A stretch of DNA of 63,573 nt, the filler included, from Chiloscyllium plagiosum (taxonomy: Eukaryota): assembly GCF_004010195.1 (NCBI RefSeq). It is 5 parts of one record of this genome, joined end to end, with 100 filler letters (N's around TTAATTAATTAA, not from the genome) between each part and the next. Parts side by side here need not be neighbours in the genome. Positions count along the whole stretch, not along the records: positions 9,359 to 24,401 come from NC_057716.1; positions 24,502 to 48,437 come from NC_057716.1; 3 more parts are not named here. One strand, written 5' to 3'. Position numbers and translations under genes: made by a program. How positions within the stretch are numbered: the first letter of the stretch is position 1; each line of letters opens with the position of its first letter. The notes under the pieces are model-generated. The model had not been told where the DNA came from and did not search any database. It saw only the letters and a list, made by a program, of their open reading frames with translations. This document shows, in pieces, positions 12,371-25,469 of this stretch.

Positions 12371-12853
12371 GGGCTAGATTAGAGTGGTGCTGGAAAAGCA
12401 CAGCAGGTCAGGCAGCATCCGAGGAGCAGGAAAATCGACGTTTCGGGCAAAAACACTTCAACCCCATGGCATCAATGTAGATTTCATCAGTTTCCTCATT
12501 TCCCCTTCTCCCACCTCACCCCAGCTCCAGCCTTCCAGCTCAGCATGCCCTCATGATCTGTCCTACCTGCCTATCTTCTTTTCCACCTATCCACTCCACC
12601 CTCCTCTCTGACCTATTACCTCCATCCCCTCCCTCATTCACCTATTGTATCTATGCTACTTTCTCTCCACCCCCACCCCCTCTCATTTATCTCTCCACTC
12701 TGCAGGCACCCTACTCTATTCCCGATGAAGGGCTTTTTCCCGAAATGTCGATTTTCCTGCTCCTCGGATGCTGCCTGACCTGCTGTACTTTTCCAGCATC
12801 ACTCTAATCTAGACTCTGGTTTCCAGCATCTGCAGTCCTTGTTTTTACCTCAG
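12371..12853. mobile_element. PLE fold-back insertion with 12-bp target-site duplication
   Basis: Inverted terminal-repeat copies at about 12374-12455 and 12720-12812; flanked by cccaacatcctg at 12359-12370 and 12854-12865. Confidence 0.85.
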
Positions 12854-13429
12854 CCCAACATCCTGTCTTGGATTAAGATCTCTGAGACTTCAATGCTGGA
12901 TGGGAATAGAGTTTTGCCTTGCTGAGGGAGAATGAAGTATGTACCCAGGCAAGAGGCAATGTTTATGATGAGCTCTGAAGCTGAGATCGGATTAAATGCT
13001 ACATCTACAGTTTAAGAAATCAACTTCTGTACAAAGTATCTGTTCAATACTACAAATTTCAGATACCTGCCTGTGCCTGATATATCTTAACAAGTTTTAC
13101 TTAAATCTGAAATTGATAGAATTTTATTGATTCAACAAATTACATCAATTGACATTTTCAAAAATTAATTCCAAACATCTACACAATACAAAAGCAAAAT
13201 ACCACAAATGCTGGAAATCTGAAAAAAGAGAGAAAATGCTAGAAAAGTTCAGGAGATAAAAGGGTGTATTTTTGGAGAATAAGAAGTTTAGAGGTTCAAG
13301 TCAATTACATTTCATCAGAACTTAGGCCATAAGAGATATTTAAAAAAGGCCCTCAAGCCTGCTCTGTCATTCAATAGGATCACGGTGACTCTGAAATTCC
13401 TCACAGCCATTTTCCAATCCTTTCTTCAT

Positions 13430-13710
13430 AACGGTGGCACAGTGGTTAGCACTGCTGCCTCACAGCGCCAGAGACCCGGGTTCAATTCCCGACTCAGGCA
13501 ACTGACTGTGTGGGTTTCCTCCGGGTGCTCCGGTTTCTTCCCACTATCCAAAGATGTGCAGGTCAGGTGAATTGGCCATGCTAAATTGCCCGTAGTGTTG
13601 GGTAAATGTAGGGGAATGGGTGGGTTGAGCTTCGGCGGGTCGGTGTGGACTGGTTGGGCCAAAGGGCCTGTTTCCACACTGTAAGTAATCTAATCTAATC
13701 TAAAAAAAAA
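13430..13710 (+). mobile_element. HE1-like tRNA-derived V-SINE (internally deleted)
   Basis: tRNA-like head ggtggcacagtggttagcactgctgcctcacagcgccagagacccgggttcaattccc, V-domain gtgtgggtttcctccgggtgctccggtttc...aaagatgtgcagg, tail ctgtttccacactgtaagt(aatct)n. Other copies at about 4275-4435, 28725-29085, 35840-36145, 58690-58758 and 62222-62365. Confidence 0.85.
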
Positions 13711-13774
13711 CCTTTGAATCCCCTACTGATCAAGAATGTATCTATCTCCATCTTAAATATACATAAGGACTCTT

Positions 13775-16460
13775 CCAAAGTTGTTCGGAAGGGAAGCCTA
13801 GCAGGGAAGACGGTGGAGCAGCAATGGCAAGCGTTTTTAAAGGAAATTCAGGAAACACAGAAGATATTCACAGCAACCATGGCCGACAAGGGAAGTCTGG
13901 GATTACATAAAAGCAAAAGAAAAAGAATGCAATGTGTGAAGGTTAGTGGGAAACCTTTTAAACTAGCAGACGACAACTAAAAACATAATAAAGGAGGAAA
14001 AGATGAAATGTGAGGGTAAGCTAATATGAAAAAAGATTACAAAGGATTTTTTAAAATATCTAAAAGATAACAGAGAGACAAAAATGGACATTGGACTGCT
14101 GGAAAATGAAGCTGCAGAGATAATAATTGGGAACAAAGAAATGGCAGAGGAACTGAATAGGTATTTTGCAGCAGTTTTCACAGCAGAAGACACCAGCAAC
14201 ATACCAGAACTTCAAGAAAGTCAGGGGTCAGAGGTGAGTACAGTGTTCATCACTAAGGAGAGGGTGCTGGGAAGCTGAAAAGACCAGATAAGCTACACCC
14301 AGGGTTCTGAAGGATATAGCTGAGGAGATTGTAGAGGCATTGGTGGTGATCTTTCATGAATCACTGGAGTCCGGGAGGGTCCCAGATGATTGGAAAGTGA
14401 CTTATGTAACACCTCTGTGTAAGAAGGGAGGGAGGCAGAAGACAGGAAATTATAGGCTGGTTAGCCTGACCTCGGTCATTGGTAAGTTACTAGAGTCCAT
14501 TATTAAGGATGAGATTATGGAGCACTTGGAAGTTTCTGGTAAAATAGGGCAGAGTCAGAACAGCTTTGTCAAGGATGGCCATGCCTGACAAATCTGTTAG
14601 AATGCTTTGAGGAGGTAATGAGCAAGCTAGACAAAGGAGAGCCAGTGGACATGATCTATTTGGATTTCCAGAAGGCCTTTGACAGGATGCTGCACAGGAG
14701 GCTGTTAAATAAAGTAAGAGCCCATGGTGTTAGTGACAAGGTACTGGCCTGGATAGAGGATTGGCTGACAAGCAAATGACAGAGAGTAGGGATAAAGGGG
14801 TCTTTTCAGGATGGCATCCGGTCACCAGTCTTGTGTGCTCTGGTCTTAAACTCTCCCATGAGGGGAAACATTCTCTCAGCATTTAGCCTGTCAAGCCTTT
14901 TAAGAATCCTATATGTTTCAATGAGATCACCTCTCCTTCTTCTAAACTCCAATGAGTGGAGTCCCAATCTGTTTAACCTTTGCTCATAAGATAATCCTTC
15001 CACACCAGAGATCATTCCCGTGAACCTTCTGTGGACTATCTCCAGTGAAAAATATTTCTTTCTTAAATAAGGCAACTAAAATTGCTCACAGTATTCCAGA
15101 TGTGGCCTCACTAGCACTTTGTACGGTTGCAGTAAGACTTCCCTACTCTTTTATTCCAACCCCCATGAAATAATTTCAGCAGCCTTCCTGATTACCTGCT
15201 GCCCGTGTGTGCTAGCTTTTTGTGTTTCGTGCACAAATATCCCTTTGTGTTGCAAACAGAGTCATCGAGTCATGCAGCATAGAAAAGGCCCTTTGGCCCA
15301 TCGAGTCTACACTGATGTGCGAACCACTATAGATGTGCTAATCCTAGTTTCCTTGTCCCAATTCCTTGAGTATTATTGTATTTCAAGTACTAGTACAAAT
15401 ATTTTTTTAAAGCTTGTAAGATTTCTGGCTTCCATATGTTCTCATGCAGTGCATTCCAGATTCCCACCACCCACTGAGTGAAAAAGTGCTTTCCCACATC
15501 CCCTCTGAATCTCCTTCCTCTTACTCAGCAACTATCCCCTTTTGTGATTGACTCCTCAACCTAGGGGAACAGTTGCTTTCTATTCATCCTGTCCATGGCC
15601 CTCATAACCTTATACATCTGAATTATAACCCCCTCAGTCTTCTCTACTCTATAGAAAATAGTTAAAGCCATCTGGTCTCTCCTTACACTTCAATTTTCCC
15701 AACCAAAACAACATCCTGGTAAATCTTCTCTGTACTCCGTGTAGTGCTACCACCTCCTTCCTATAGTGAGGTGACCAGAACTGCACACAGTACTCCTGCT
15801 GTGGCCTGAACCAATACTCTGTACAATTCCAACATTAGCTCCTTGATCTTATACCCTATGCAATTGTCCCATATGCCTTCTTAACTATCCTATACATGTG
15901 CTCTGCTGACTTTAGTCATCTGTGAGTAATCACCCCAAGATCTCTCTGTTCCTCTAAACTACCCAGTATCCTGCTAGTCATTAAGTACTTCCTCATCTTG
16001 TTTCTTCTTCCAAAGTGCATCACTTTATACTTCTCAAGGTTAATTGGCATCTGTCACTGCTCCGCCCACCTGACCAATTCATCTCTATTTTCCTGCGACC
16101 GAAAGCCATCTTCTTCACTATTAATCACCCTACTAATCTTGGTGTTATCTGCAAACATGCTTAACATCCCCTCACAATTTCATCTATTTTGCTTGTGCAA
16201 ATACAAACAATAAGGGTCCCAGTAGTGATCCATGTGGGACATCACTGGACACCGGCTTCCAGTCACTCAAATAGCCTTTGGCCATAGCAGTTTTTGTCCT
16301 TTTACTGAACCAGTTTCTGATCCACCAGTTTATCTGACATTCATGTGCTTTAACCTTCTCAATCAGTCTCCCATGTGGGACCTTGTCAAAAGCTTTGCTA
16401 AAATCCATATAAACTACATCAGCTGAACTCCCTCATCCACACACTTGATCACATTTTCAG
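13775..16460. mobile_element. CR1 mosaic: ORF2 (+, 13775-14828) fused to inverted 3' part (-, 14830-15250), then another CR1 (-, 15260-16460)
   Basis: EMAEELNRYFAAVFT, GRVPDDWK, NYRLVSLTS, DFQKAFD on +; LEFRRRRGDLIETYRIL and MDFSKAFDKVPH on -. Confidence 0.88.
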
Positions 16461-17414
16461 AAAAACTTGAAAGATTTCTGTAGTTTCTCTCCACTAATGT
16501 ATATATAATATGGGACATAATTTAGGTTGATGACTGGTCGCACAAATCCGTGATGATAACAATCAGTGTCTCGTTTTCATATTCTGTGAAGAAATGTTGC
16601 AATACTCTGAAAAGCATGAAACAGCAGAGTTTTCAAACTGGATTTGGAGGGGTTTGATAGTAAGAGGAAATTGAAACAATTTACAGCAAATGCAAATCAA
16701 AACCACAGTTGCTTACCGCTGCATTTAACAAAAAATAGATACATTATGTTTTTAAGCAAAAAATAATTTATAGAGCACTAGCAAAACCTTATCTTACGTT
16801 CTTTTGCAAGTTTATAGCTCTCCTTTTTAACAACCATTCAAGGCTGAAGTCCAGCACTCATCAGTTGCCCTTGTATACCATATGTGGTCACAGTCAGTGA
16901 ATGTTGGCAATGAGTGCCAAATGTGAACATCTCATATTACAACAACAAACTGTATCGAAATGTCCTCTCTTAGTAAGTTGTTGCAAGGCACTTCACAAGA
17001 AAATAATTCTGTTAAATAACATTTGGCATTGAACCACACAAGAATTTACAATGAAAGATCTTCAAACATTGAAGGGTGCAGGGAGAATTTCCTATGGGTT
17101 TAGGTCGCAGGCTATCAAATGATGAAATTCAGAGTTGTACCCGTTGTATGTGGTGCAATAACAACCAATCGCTGGCTGGTTTTGCTGCTGCAATTTTCTA
17201 TCCTTGACTAGGTCTAAGAGTTTATTTACTTTACAGAGATAAAGGAAAATCTGGAGCGAATCTTTATGAAAAGAGGTTCATGTCTTAATCAAGGTGTAGT
17301 TTATTGAATGAGTTGAATTGAGTTGGATTAGCTCTATTGTCCCGTGCAATGTCTCTACTTAAGCTGACATCTTAGATACAAGATACCTAGGTACAGATAC
17401 TTAAGTATTTGATA

Positions 17415-18870
17415 TACAGTCATAGAGTCATAGAGATGTACAGCACAGAAATATACCCTTCGGTCCAACTTGTCCGTGCTGACCAGATATCCCAACCCAA
17501 TCGAGTCCCACCTGTCAGCACCTGGCCCATATCCCTCCAAACCCTTCCTATTCATATAGCTATCCAGATGCCTTTTAAATATTGCAATTGTACCAGCCTC
17601 CACCACCTCCTCTGGCAGCTCATTCCATACACATACCACCCTCTGCATGAAAAATCTATTACAAGCATCCAAGTTCCTCCTTCTATACTTCATCTGACAT
17701 TATGGTTACTGTTCATCTGAGGATCACTCCAACAAGTGAATTTTTGTCGATACTATTCCTTATTTCTACTCAAACCAATTCTACAACCTGATTTTTTGAA
17801 CTACGGTCATCTCTAACTACTGTACCAATTCCACCTTTGATATGTCTTTTGCCTTTTCAAAGTTACCTATTCTTCTTGAATGGGTAAAAACAATGACTGC
17901 AGATGCTGGAAACCAGATTCTGGATTAGTGGTGCTGGAAGAACACAGCAGTTCAGGCATGTCAAACCCCCGAGAATATTCAGGAACCAATCTTGGTCAAG
18001 CTACAGCCACCTCTCCATAATGGCCATCAGATCATATTTATCCACTCCAATGTATACTATCAGTTAATTTACTTTGTTATGAATTCTACAGAGAACGGAT
18101 GCATGCAAAGCTTTAGCTTTTTGTTTGTTATTTTTGTAGCATCTAATCTTGACTGCAGGGATCGTCTTCTGACCTTCATTTTCAACATTAGTACTTTGCT
18201 TGCCTGCCTTGACCCCATTTCAATTTGTGACATTTATCCAATCTTTAGTTGCTCACAAGCCGTCACCCTGTTTTGTTTAAAGTTTCTCTTTTTCCACAGT
18301 TATGTAGCTCATGAGAACACCAATCCCAGCTTGATTAAGGTGTAGACCGTGCCAACAGTACAAATCCCATCTCTCGCAGTACTGGTGCCAATGAACCATG
18401 AACTGGAACTCATTTCTCTCACAGTCTTTGAATCAGGCTTTCATTACTCTTAATTTTTTTATACATCCTATGCCAAATTGCACACAGTTTGGGTCGTACT
18501 TCAGAGATTTTAAACTTTGCAGGTTCACTTTTTAGCTGGACACATACTTCTCATATTCACTCAGGAGAACCTTTTTCCTAATTCTATCTGTGTTGTGGTG
18601 CAGACCCAGTGCATGACCACTGAATTCTCCCTTTCCCAATGCATGTTACTCGTTGGCCCAGAGCAGTTATCCCAAACCTTGGTACTGGGCAGACACAATA
18701 TTGCTGCCTGGACTTTTATTCTTTGCCGCAGAGAACAGTGTCAACCCCCATCATTAGATTCCTTCTAACCTCCCCCCACTTCCTGTACCATGATGCCATG
18801 ACCAGTTAAGCTCATCAACCCCACTGCCTTCACTCTCATCCAAACAAGCTGGAAAAACCTCAAACCTGTT
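17415..18870 (-). mobile_element. Young CR1 3' end (17415-17655) followed by very degraded CR1 5' sequence
   Basis: FFMQRVVCVWNELPEEVVEAG and (ctatgact) tail; the downstream part is only weakly CR1-like. Confidence 0.6.
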
Positions 18871-19419
18871 GGACTATGCATGTGTGTTTTTGTGTGTGTA
18901 TAGATACATAATGTGTGTTTCTGTGAAGGGTGTAGTGTGTGTAGTGTGTGTGCTTAATCACAAGCTTTCCAACAGCACCAATGACACAGGATACCTAATT
19001 AAGAAACAGAGAAAACCAATGCTATTGCCTTCAAATCCATTCACCCCTGTAAACCTTTTATGCAAAATAAACACAAACTCTTTGCTGTCTCTGGAAAAAC
19101 AAAACAAATCTCTGTGATGTAATTACCAAAATATAACTGTATAGTAACATCATTATTAGCCCACTGGAGATTATTGTTCTGTGGCTTTTGTCTACCTAAT
19201 GCTGTAAGTGGTAAACTGTGCTCATTTTGAACCTCAGTGGAGAAATACTTGGATAGCACGCAGAGAGCCAATGCTAGGCATGTGCAATAAAAGCACTCAA
19301 ACTCTGCATCTGAACTCAGTGTCAAAATTTTATATATGAGCATTCACTCAGACCTTTCAGGATCATACTGACATCCAGAAACTTACACGTTCTGCAGTTA
19401 CAGCACATCATCTACCCTG

Positions 19420-19539
19420 GGAGAAAATGAGTAGTGCAGATGCTGGAGAGTCAAAGTCGAATAGTGTGACATCGGAAAAGCACAGCAAGTCAGGCAGAAT
19501 CCAAGCAGCAGGAGAGTCGATGTTTCGGGCATAAGCCCA
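19420..19539 (-). mobile_element. Short PLE pseudo-LTR insertion with 10-bp TSD
   Basis: Flanked by atctaccctg at 19410-19419 and 19540-19549. Similar short copies lie near 8825, 11460, 13190, 17885, 27500, 28440, 29765, 30780, 33951, 36660, 43170, 48376, 54720, 55030, 60857, 62035, 63055 and 63405. Confidence 0.8.
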
Positions 19540-19949
19540 ATCTACCCTGCTTCTCTAATATGGATTAATTAATTGGTAATTGCTAATTAATTTATAATTA
19601 GTACAGCCTATACCCCTCAAGATTTTAGCACTGCCATTAAACTTTACAACACTGATGAAACAAAACAATACCAAAAATACTGAAAAGATTTACAATTTCT
19701 AACATAACAGTTATTGATTCGAGCCGCAAAAAATTAAAATCAATTACTGGAAGTTGAAAGAAAATGTATGAAAAGAATAAAATATATAAAATAGAAAAAA
19801 TAATAAATAAAAAGTCAAGTATAATAAAAAGGAAAAATAAGAAGAAGTACTCAAGTTACAATCTTTCTATCCCAATCCATGCTGGAACCTAGCCCGCAGA
19901 CCGCACCAGACCAAGTCTCCAGATTATGCCAGGCTTCAAAACTTGAGGC

Positions 19950-20100
19950 CTCACCTCCAGTCTGCAAAGGACTCACCTCCCCGCAACACCCTCCAGTCTG
20001 GGACTCACCTCCCCACAACAGCCCACCTGTCCTGAACTCACCTCCCCACAACAGCCCACCAATCCTGAACTCACCTCCCCACGACAGCCCTCCAGTCCAG
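19950..20100. repeat. Minisatellite, about 32-33 bp x 4
   Basis: actcacctcccc units start at 19971, 20003, 20036 and 20069. Confidence 0.85.
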
Positions 20101-22359
20101 TAGTTATCTCCTATGAATGATCCGATCAGGTATATTACACTTGTAAGCTAGACATTATTACTAAGGCTATTGGGAGACCTGTGGACGTAGATCTTCATCT
20201 TCCATGATCCTACAATGTTCTGCTTTTTCCCTTACCAAGTCCATATGTCAACACGAGATTGGGTGGAGCTAAATGCAGTCTTCAACATTAAACGTTTCAA
20301 GCCATTATCTTATAAACAGTACAAAATTTCAGAATTAGGTGCACATCAATATCTTGGATTTGTGAGACTGGAGGAAATCACAAAGATAGAGTAGGTTGAA
20401 ACAATGGAAGGAATAGGAAACAAAGATCAGAATTTTAAAATGATGTTTTTGGAACAGAAGCTAACCATTGGACACAGAGGTGATGGGCAAATGATGTGCA
20501 AGATAAGAGACAGGCAGCAGACTTTTGGATGATGCAGATGGAATTCAATGCCAGAAAGTGTGAGGTGATACATTTGGGCAGAAAGTATAGGGAGAGACAA
20601 TTACTTTATGCTGCAGTTACATAAGATGTGCAGGGACAGAGGGTCCTAGGGAAACAAATGTATAAATGCTGAAGGTGGGAGCCTATATTGAAAGAGTACT
20701 TAGCAAAGTACATGGGATCTTAGGCTTCACAATTAAAAATGTTTAATAAAAAGTAGAGATGTTATGCAGAATAGATATCACAGCTTCTAGCTTGTTCAAA
20801 GGCTTGAAGGTATTTCACTCAGGAGGGATGGATGACATTGTCCTTCATACAACTATGAATGTCGGATTGCTTTCCAACTCACTAATGACTTCAATTCAGC
20901 AGTGGTTGTTTAATCAATTGTTTAGTGAAATGTTATTATAAATGTTTAGCTCTCCCACATCAACGAAAATTGTCAGAATTGAGTGAGAATCCCAAAATCA
21001 TGTTCCACCATCATTTTTAAAGCCAGCCCACTGTACATTTGCCCCAAATCAGGATGGAGCAATTCAGATGTCTGATTATGATTTTACAAATAAATTCCCC
21101 TGCTACTTTTTGATTATTATGTACAAATCAACATCCTCTTCTCCCAACGCTCCCATGTTGTTTTTAATTTTCTTTTACAGACTTATCTTTAAAATGCTTT
21201 AAGGTTCTTTTAGATGGCTTTTGACTTTTTTCTCTTCATACTCTTTCAGATTTCTTCTTTAAACTCATATTATTTTGTCAAATTTTTCTTGAGGTTCTTT
21301 TTGCTTGCATTCCTTTTATCTTTACAAGATCACTGTTTACAACTTCGGTTGGCAGCTCCCCTTTTCATTCATGGCATCCCAAGAGTACATGTAATTTTTT
21401 GAGTCGTAAATTTAGTTATGGCATGGCCCAGAGATATATGAAAAGTGAAAGTCACCAAGTGCTATAAAGTGGGACAGGTAAAGATTTAGAGGAGGCTTTT
21501 TTGATTCAGACTCAAAGTGCCAAAAGGCCTCATCTGAACTTTATGATTCTGTGACTGAAGGAGAAATATTGAGCTGACACCAGGAATAATGCCCCAGCTT
21601 TTCCTCAAAATAGTGCTAATGGATCTTTTCTGTCCCCCGCAGAGAGTACAGAGATTTGTTCATTTTTCATCTGAAATACAGCACCTCAGACAGTGCAACA
21701 TTCTATCAGGTCCTTTTATTCCCATTGCTAACAAGTCTATTGTATAATAATGTCTGCAACCTTTCCTTCCTCTAATAACATCCTGTAACTATGGAAGATT
21801 TGATGACAATGGCCAGACACTCTGCAATCTCCACTCTTAGTTCACTCAGTAACATTGCTGATCTTTCACTGCCAATACTTTGAATACTTCTTTATCTGAT
21901 TTTATCTTATCCAATACTGTGATGACCTTCATCTGTCATATTAAAGGCATCCTCTTCATAAGCGATCATCAATGTAAAGCATTAATTTAGTAGCTCTGCC
22001 ATAACCTGTATCTTCACAAGAAGAGATTGAGAGTTTGTTCACAGATCTCTGAAGGTGACAGGAAAAAAAGTGATTAAAGCCTTTTATAAAAAGCATTTAA
22101 AGTTATGAAGAATGTACATATGATTGTTTTGTCTCACAAATATTGGGGCAGTGAAAAATCTCGAGAGGTGTTACAGATAAACAAGGAGAAATATATTTAA
22201 ATTGAGGGTTTTGGAGTTGTAAAACATTTTATGAAAGTTTGTGATTGAAAGAGACTTATGACATTCAAGGATCATTTTGATAAACATTTGAAAGAAAGCT
22301 GAATAAAAACATGAGAATAAGGTTTGCTAATATGTGGTGTAAAAACTAACAACACAGAA

Positions 22360-24401
22360 TTGTTACATATCTGTTCGGTCTATCATGCCTGCGCCGACTC
22401 TTCAAACAAGTATCATTCCCAGTGCACACCTCCCACTTTTCCCCACACCCTTGAACATAAATTCTACTCAAATAATCATCCAATACCCTTTTGAATGCCT
22501 CATTTGAACTTGTCTATACCGAATTTCCAGGCAGTGAATTCCATAACCTAACTCTTATAAATGATTCTTTTCACATTACCTTGCTTCTTTTGCACATTAC
22601 ATTAAAGCTATGTCCTTTCATTCCTGTTCCTTTCATGAATGTGAACAGCTTCTCCCTATCTGCTGTATCCAGCCTGTTCGTGATTTTGAAAACTTCTGTC
22701 CGATCTCCTCTCACCTTTCCTCTTTCTACAGAGAACAGTCCAAACTTCTTCAATCTATGCTCACGATTGCAGTTTCTCATTCATGGGACCATTCTTGTAA
22801 ATTGCTTCTCCACTCTTTCCAGTTTAATAACATCCTTCTCATAGCAAAGGTGACCAAAACTGAACACAATGCGCTAGGTCTCACTAACGTCCTGCATAAC
22901 TGCAACATAACTTCCCATCTTCTATATTCAGTGCCGTGACTGATGAAAGTCAGTGTGCCAAAAGCCTTCTTCACTGCCCTGTCTACCTGTCACTCCACTT
23001 TCAGAGAACCGAGCACTTGAATTCCAAGATCCCTCAGTTCCACTACACTCTTAAGGCCCTATCATTCACCAAGAAACCCCTACCTTGATGGGTGAGTGCC
23101 GAACCAGAGGACACAGCTTAAAAATAGAGGGTAGACCATTTAGGACAGAGATGAGGAGAAACTTCTTCACCCAGAGAGTGGTGGCTGCGTGGAATGCTCT
23201 GCCCCAGAGGGCAGTGGAGGCCCAGTCTCTGGATTCATTTAAGAAAGAGTTGGATAGAGCTCTCAAGGATAGTGGAATCAAGGGTTGTGGAGATAAGGCA
23301 GGAACAGGATACTGATTAAGGATGATCAGCCATGATCATATTGAATGGTGGTGCAGGCTCGAAGGGCAGAATGGCCTACTCCTGCATCGATTGTCTATTG
23401 TCTATTGTCTATTGATTTGATTTTCCAAAATGCAAAAACTTACACTTATCTATATTAAACTTCATCTGCCATTTCTCGGTCCACTTCCCCAGCTGATCAA
23501 GGCCCTGCTGCAATTTCTGAGAACCTTCCTCACTGTCCACAGTACTGCCTATTTTAGTGTCATCTGCAAACTTACTAGTCATGTCTTAGATATCCAAATC
23601 ATTGACAGTGGTAACAAACGGTAATGTGCCTAGCACCGACCCTTGAGGCACTCCACTAGTCACAAGCCTCCAGTCCGACAAGCATCCTTCCATTCTTACC
23701 CTCCACTTCTCACCATCAAGCCAACTGTGTCTACAATTTGCCTGCTCCCCCAGACTCCATGTGATTTAACCTTCCACGTGGAACCTTATCAAAGGCCTTA
23801 CTGCAATCAATATAAACTACATCTACAGCCCTGCCCTCATCAACTTTCCTCGTCATTTCATCAAAGAACACTAACAAATTTGTGAGGCATGATCTCCCAC
23901 TCACAAAGCCATTCTGACTATTCCTAATCAAACTCTGTTCTTCCAAAAGCATGCACATCTTATCTCTCAGAATCTTCTCAAGTAACTTACTCACCTCAGA
24001 TGTCAAACTTACTGGTCTATAGTTTCCAAGCTTTTCTTTGCAGCCTTTCTTGAATAAGGGCATAACATTCACTACCCTCCAGTCTTCTGGGACCTCACCC
24101 ATGGTTAACGATAATGCAAACATTTCAGCAAGGGGTCCTGCAATTTCTTCTGTACGCTTTTGCAGTGTTCTTAGAAATAGCTGGTCAGGATCAGGTGATT
24201 TATCCACCTTTATACATTCTTATACATCCAACAATTCCTCTACTGTGATATGGACTGTCCCCAAGATGTTCCCACTAACTTCCACAAGGTCTCAAGTCTT
24301 CGTATCTTTCTCCATGGTAAACACAGAGGAAAAATATTTATTGAAGACCTCGCCCATCTCCTGCGGTTCTATACATACATGTCCACTTTGGTCCTTGAGG
24401 G
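22360..24401. mobile_element. CR1 mosaic (-) with nested + strand CR1 3' end (about 23086-23413, (tctattg)n tail)
   Basis: ORF 23731-24207 DKSPDPDQ ... NYRPVSLTS ... GRSCLTNL ... AVDVVYIDCSKAFDKVP; ORF 23085 RTRGHSLKI ... RRNFFTQRVVAAWNALP. Confidence 0.88.
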
Positions 24402-25101
24402 NNNNNNNNNNNNNNNNNNNNNNNNNNNNNNNNNNNNNNNNNNNNTTAATTAATTAANNNNNNNNNNNNNNNNNNNNNNNNNNNNNNNNNNNNNNNNNNN
24501 NCTGTTGTGGGATATAAATGAATTAATGTTATTTCTGCAAGTATAAATTCTGATACAGAATAGGAATGAGAAATACATATTCAGCAAAAAGAAAGGATAT
24601 GTGAGCATGAGACATGAATACAGAACAATGGTGGATATATGGGCAAACAGGAAAACATCTGTTCTCCTCGCTTGTACAGTGACACAGGAACAAACCCTAA
24701 TTAAAGAGGTCAAAGTGGCCTCTGGATGGAAATAGATGCTGATAGAAGAAAAGATATGCCTAATCAATAATCTATAATAGACTGACGTCAAACACCCTTA
24801 TGGGAGTCAGAGATAAGAGTTTGTCACGGACAAGACAGGATAAACAGAAGTTGTGGGATCAGTCTTAAGGAAATGAGTGACGTAAGCGAAGCAGGGAACA
24901 AACAATGGAATAAGGAAAAATATGGGGATTCAAACTGTATAAATTTCGAGAGTTTGTTGGATATAGTGTGCATTCTGTAATTACCATACCTGGTAATTAG
25001 ACAAGGCATCCACCTATAGGTGTATAAATAAAAAAGAAGCTGTTATTCAGATATTTGTCTCGGACTGAAATTATTAAAGTGAGTGAGCTTTTGTTTCTCA
25101 C

Positions 25102-25368
25102 ATAGTCCAACAGGTTTATTTGGAAGCACTAGCTTTTGGAGCGCTGCCCCTTCATCAGGTGGTTGTGGAGTATAATATCGTAAGACATAGAATTTAGAGC
25201 AAAAGTTTTGCTCTCGATTCTGTGTCTTACAATCTTATGCTCCACAACCACCTGATGAAGGAGCGGCGCTCCGAAAGCTAGTGCTTCCAAATAAACCTGT
25301 TGGACTATAACTTGGTGTTGTGTGATTTTTAACTTTGTCCACCCCAGTCCAACACCAGCATCTCCAAA
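25102..25368. mobile_element. PLE-derived fold-back element (second pseudo-LTR family)
   Basis: 25102-25308 is a near-perfect inverted repeat centred at about 25205; the same family occurs at 4888-4984 and 60255-60362. Confidence 0.8.
25249..25283 (+). ncRNA. Minimal type I hammerhead ribozyme motif (second PLE family)
   Basis: CAC-CUGAUGA-A-GGAGC-GGC-GCUCC-GAAA-GCUA-GUG: intact core, 5-bp stem II, palindromic AGCU, stem I CAC/GUG. Confidence 0.68.
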
Positions 25369-25469
25369 TTATTTCTGAGGAACTGCAGGGTGAGAGTAAG
25401 GGGTGGATAGATGATAATATGCACAGGTTCTACTATGTTAGGATGGGGACTGGGTGATGAATGGTTTGG

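Noticed and set aside
13430..13500. tRNA-like sequence (also 38350 and 28900)
   Set aside because: It is the head of an HE1-like SINE family, not a tRNA gene with a complete cloverleaf.
24503..25010. LTR-like segment beginning tgttgtggga next to a gap
   Set aside because: No clear 3' CA terminus or TSD could be identified.
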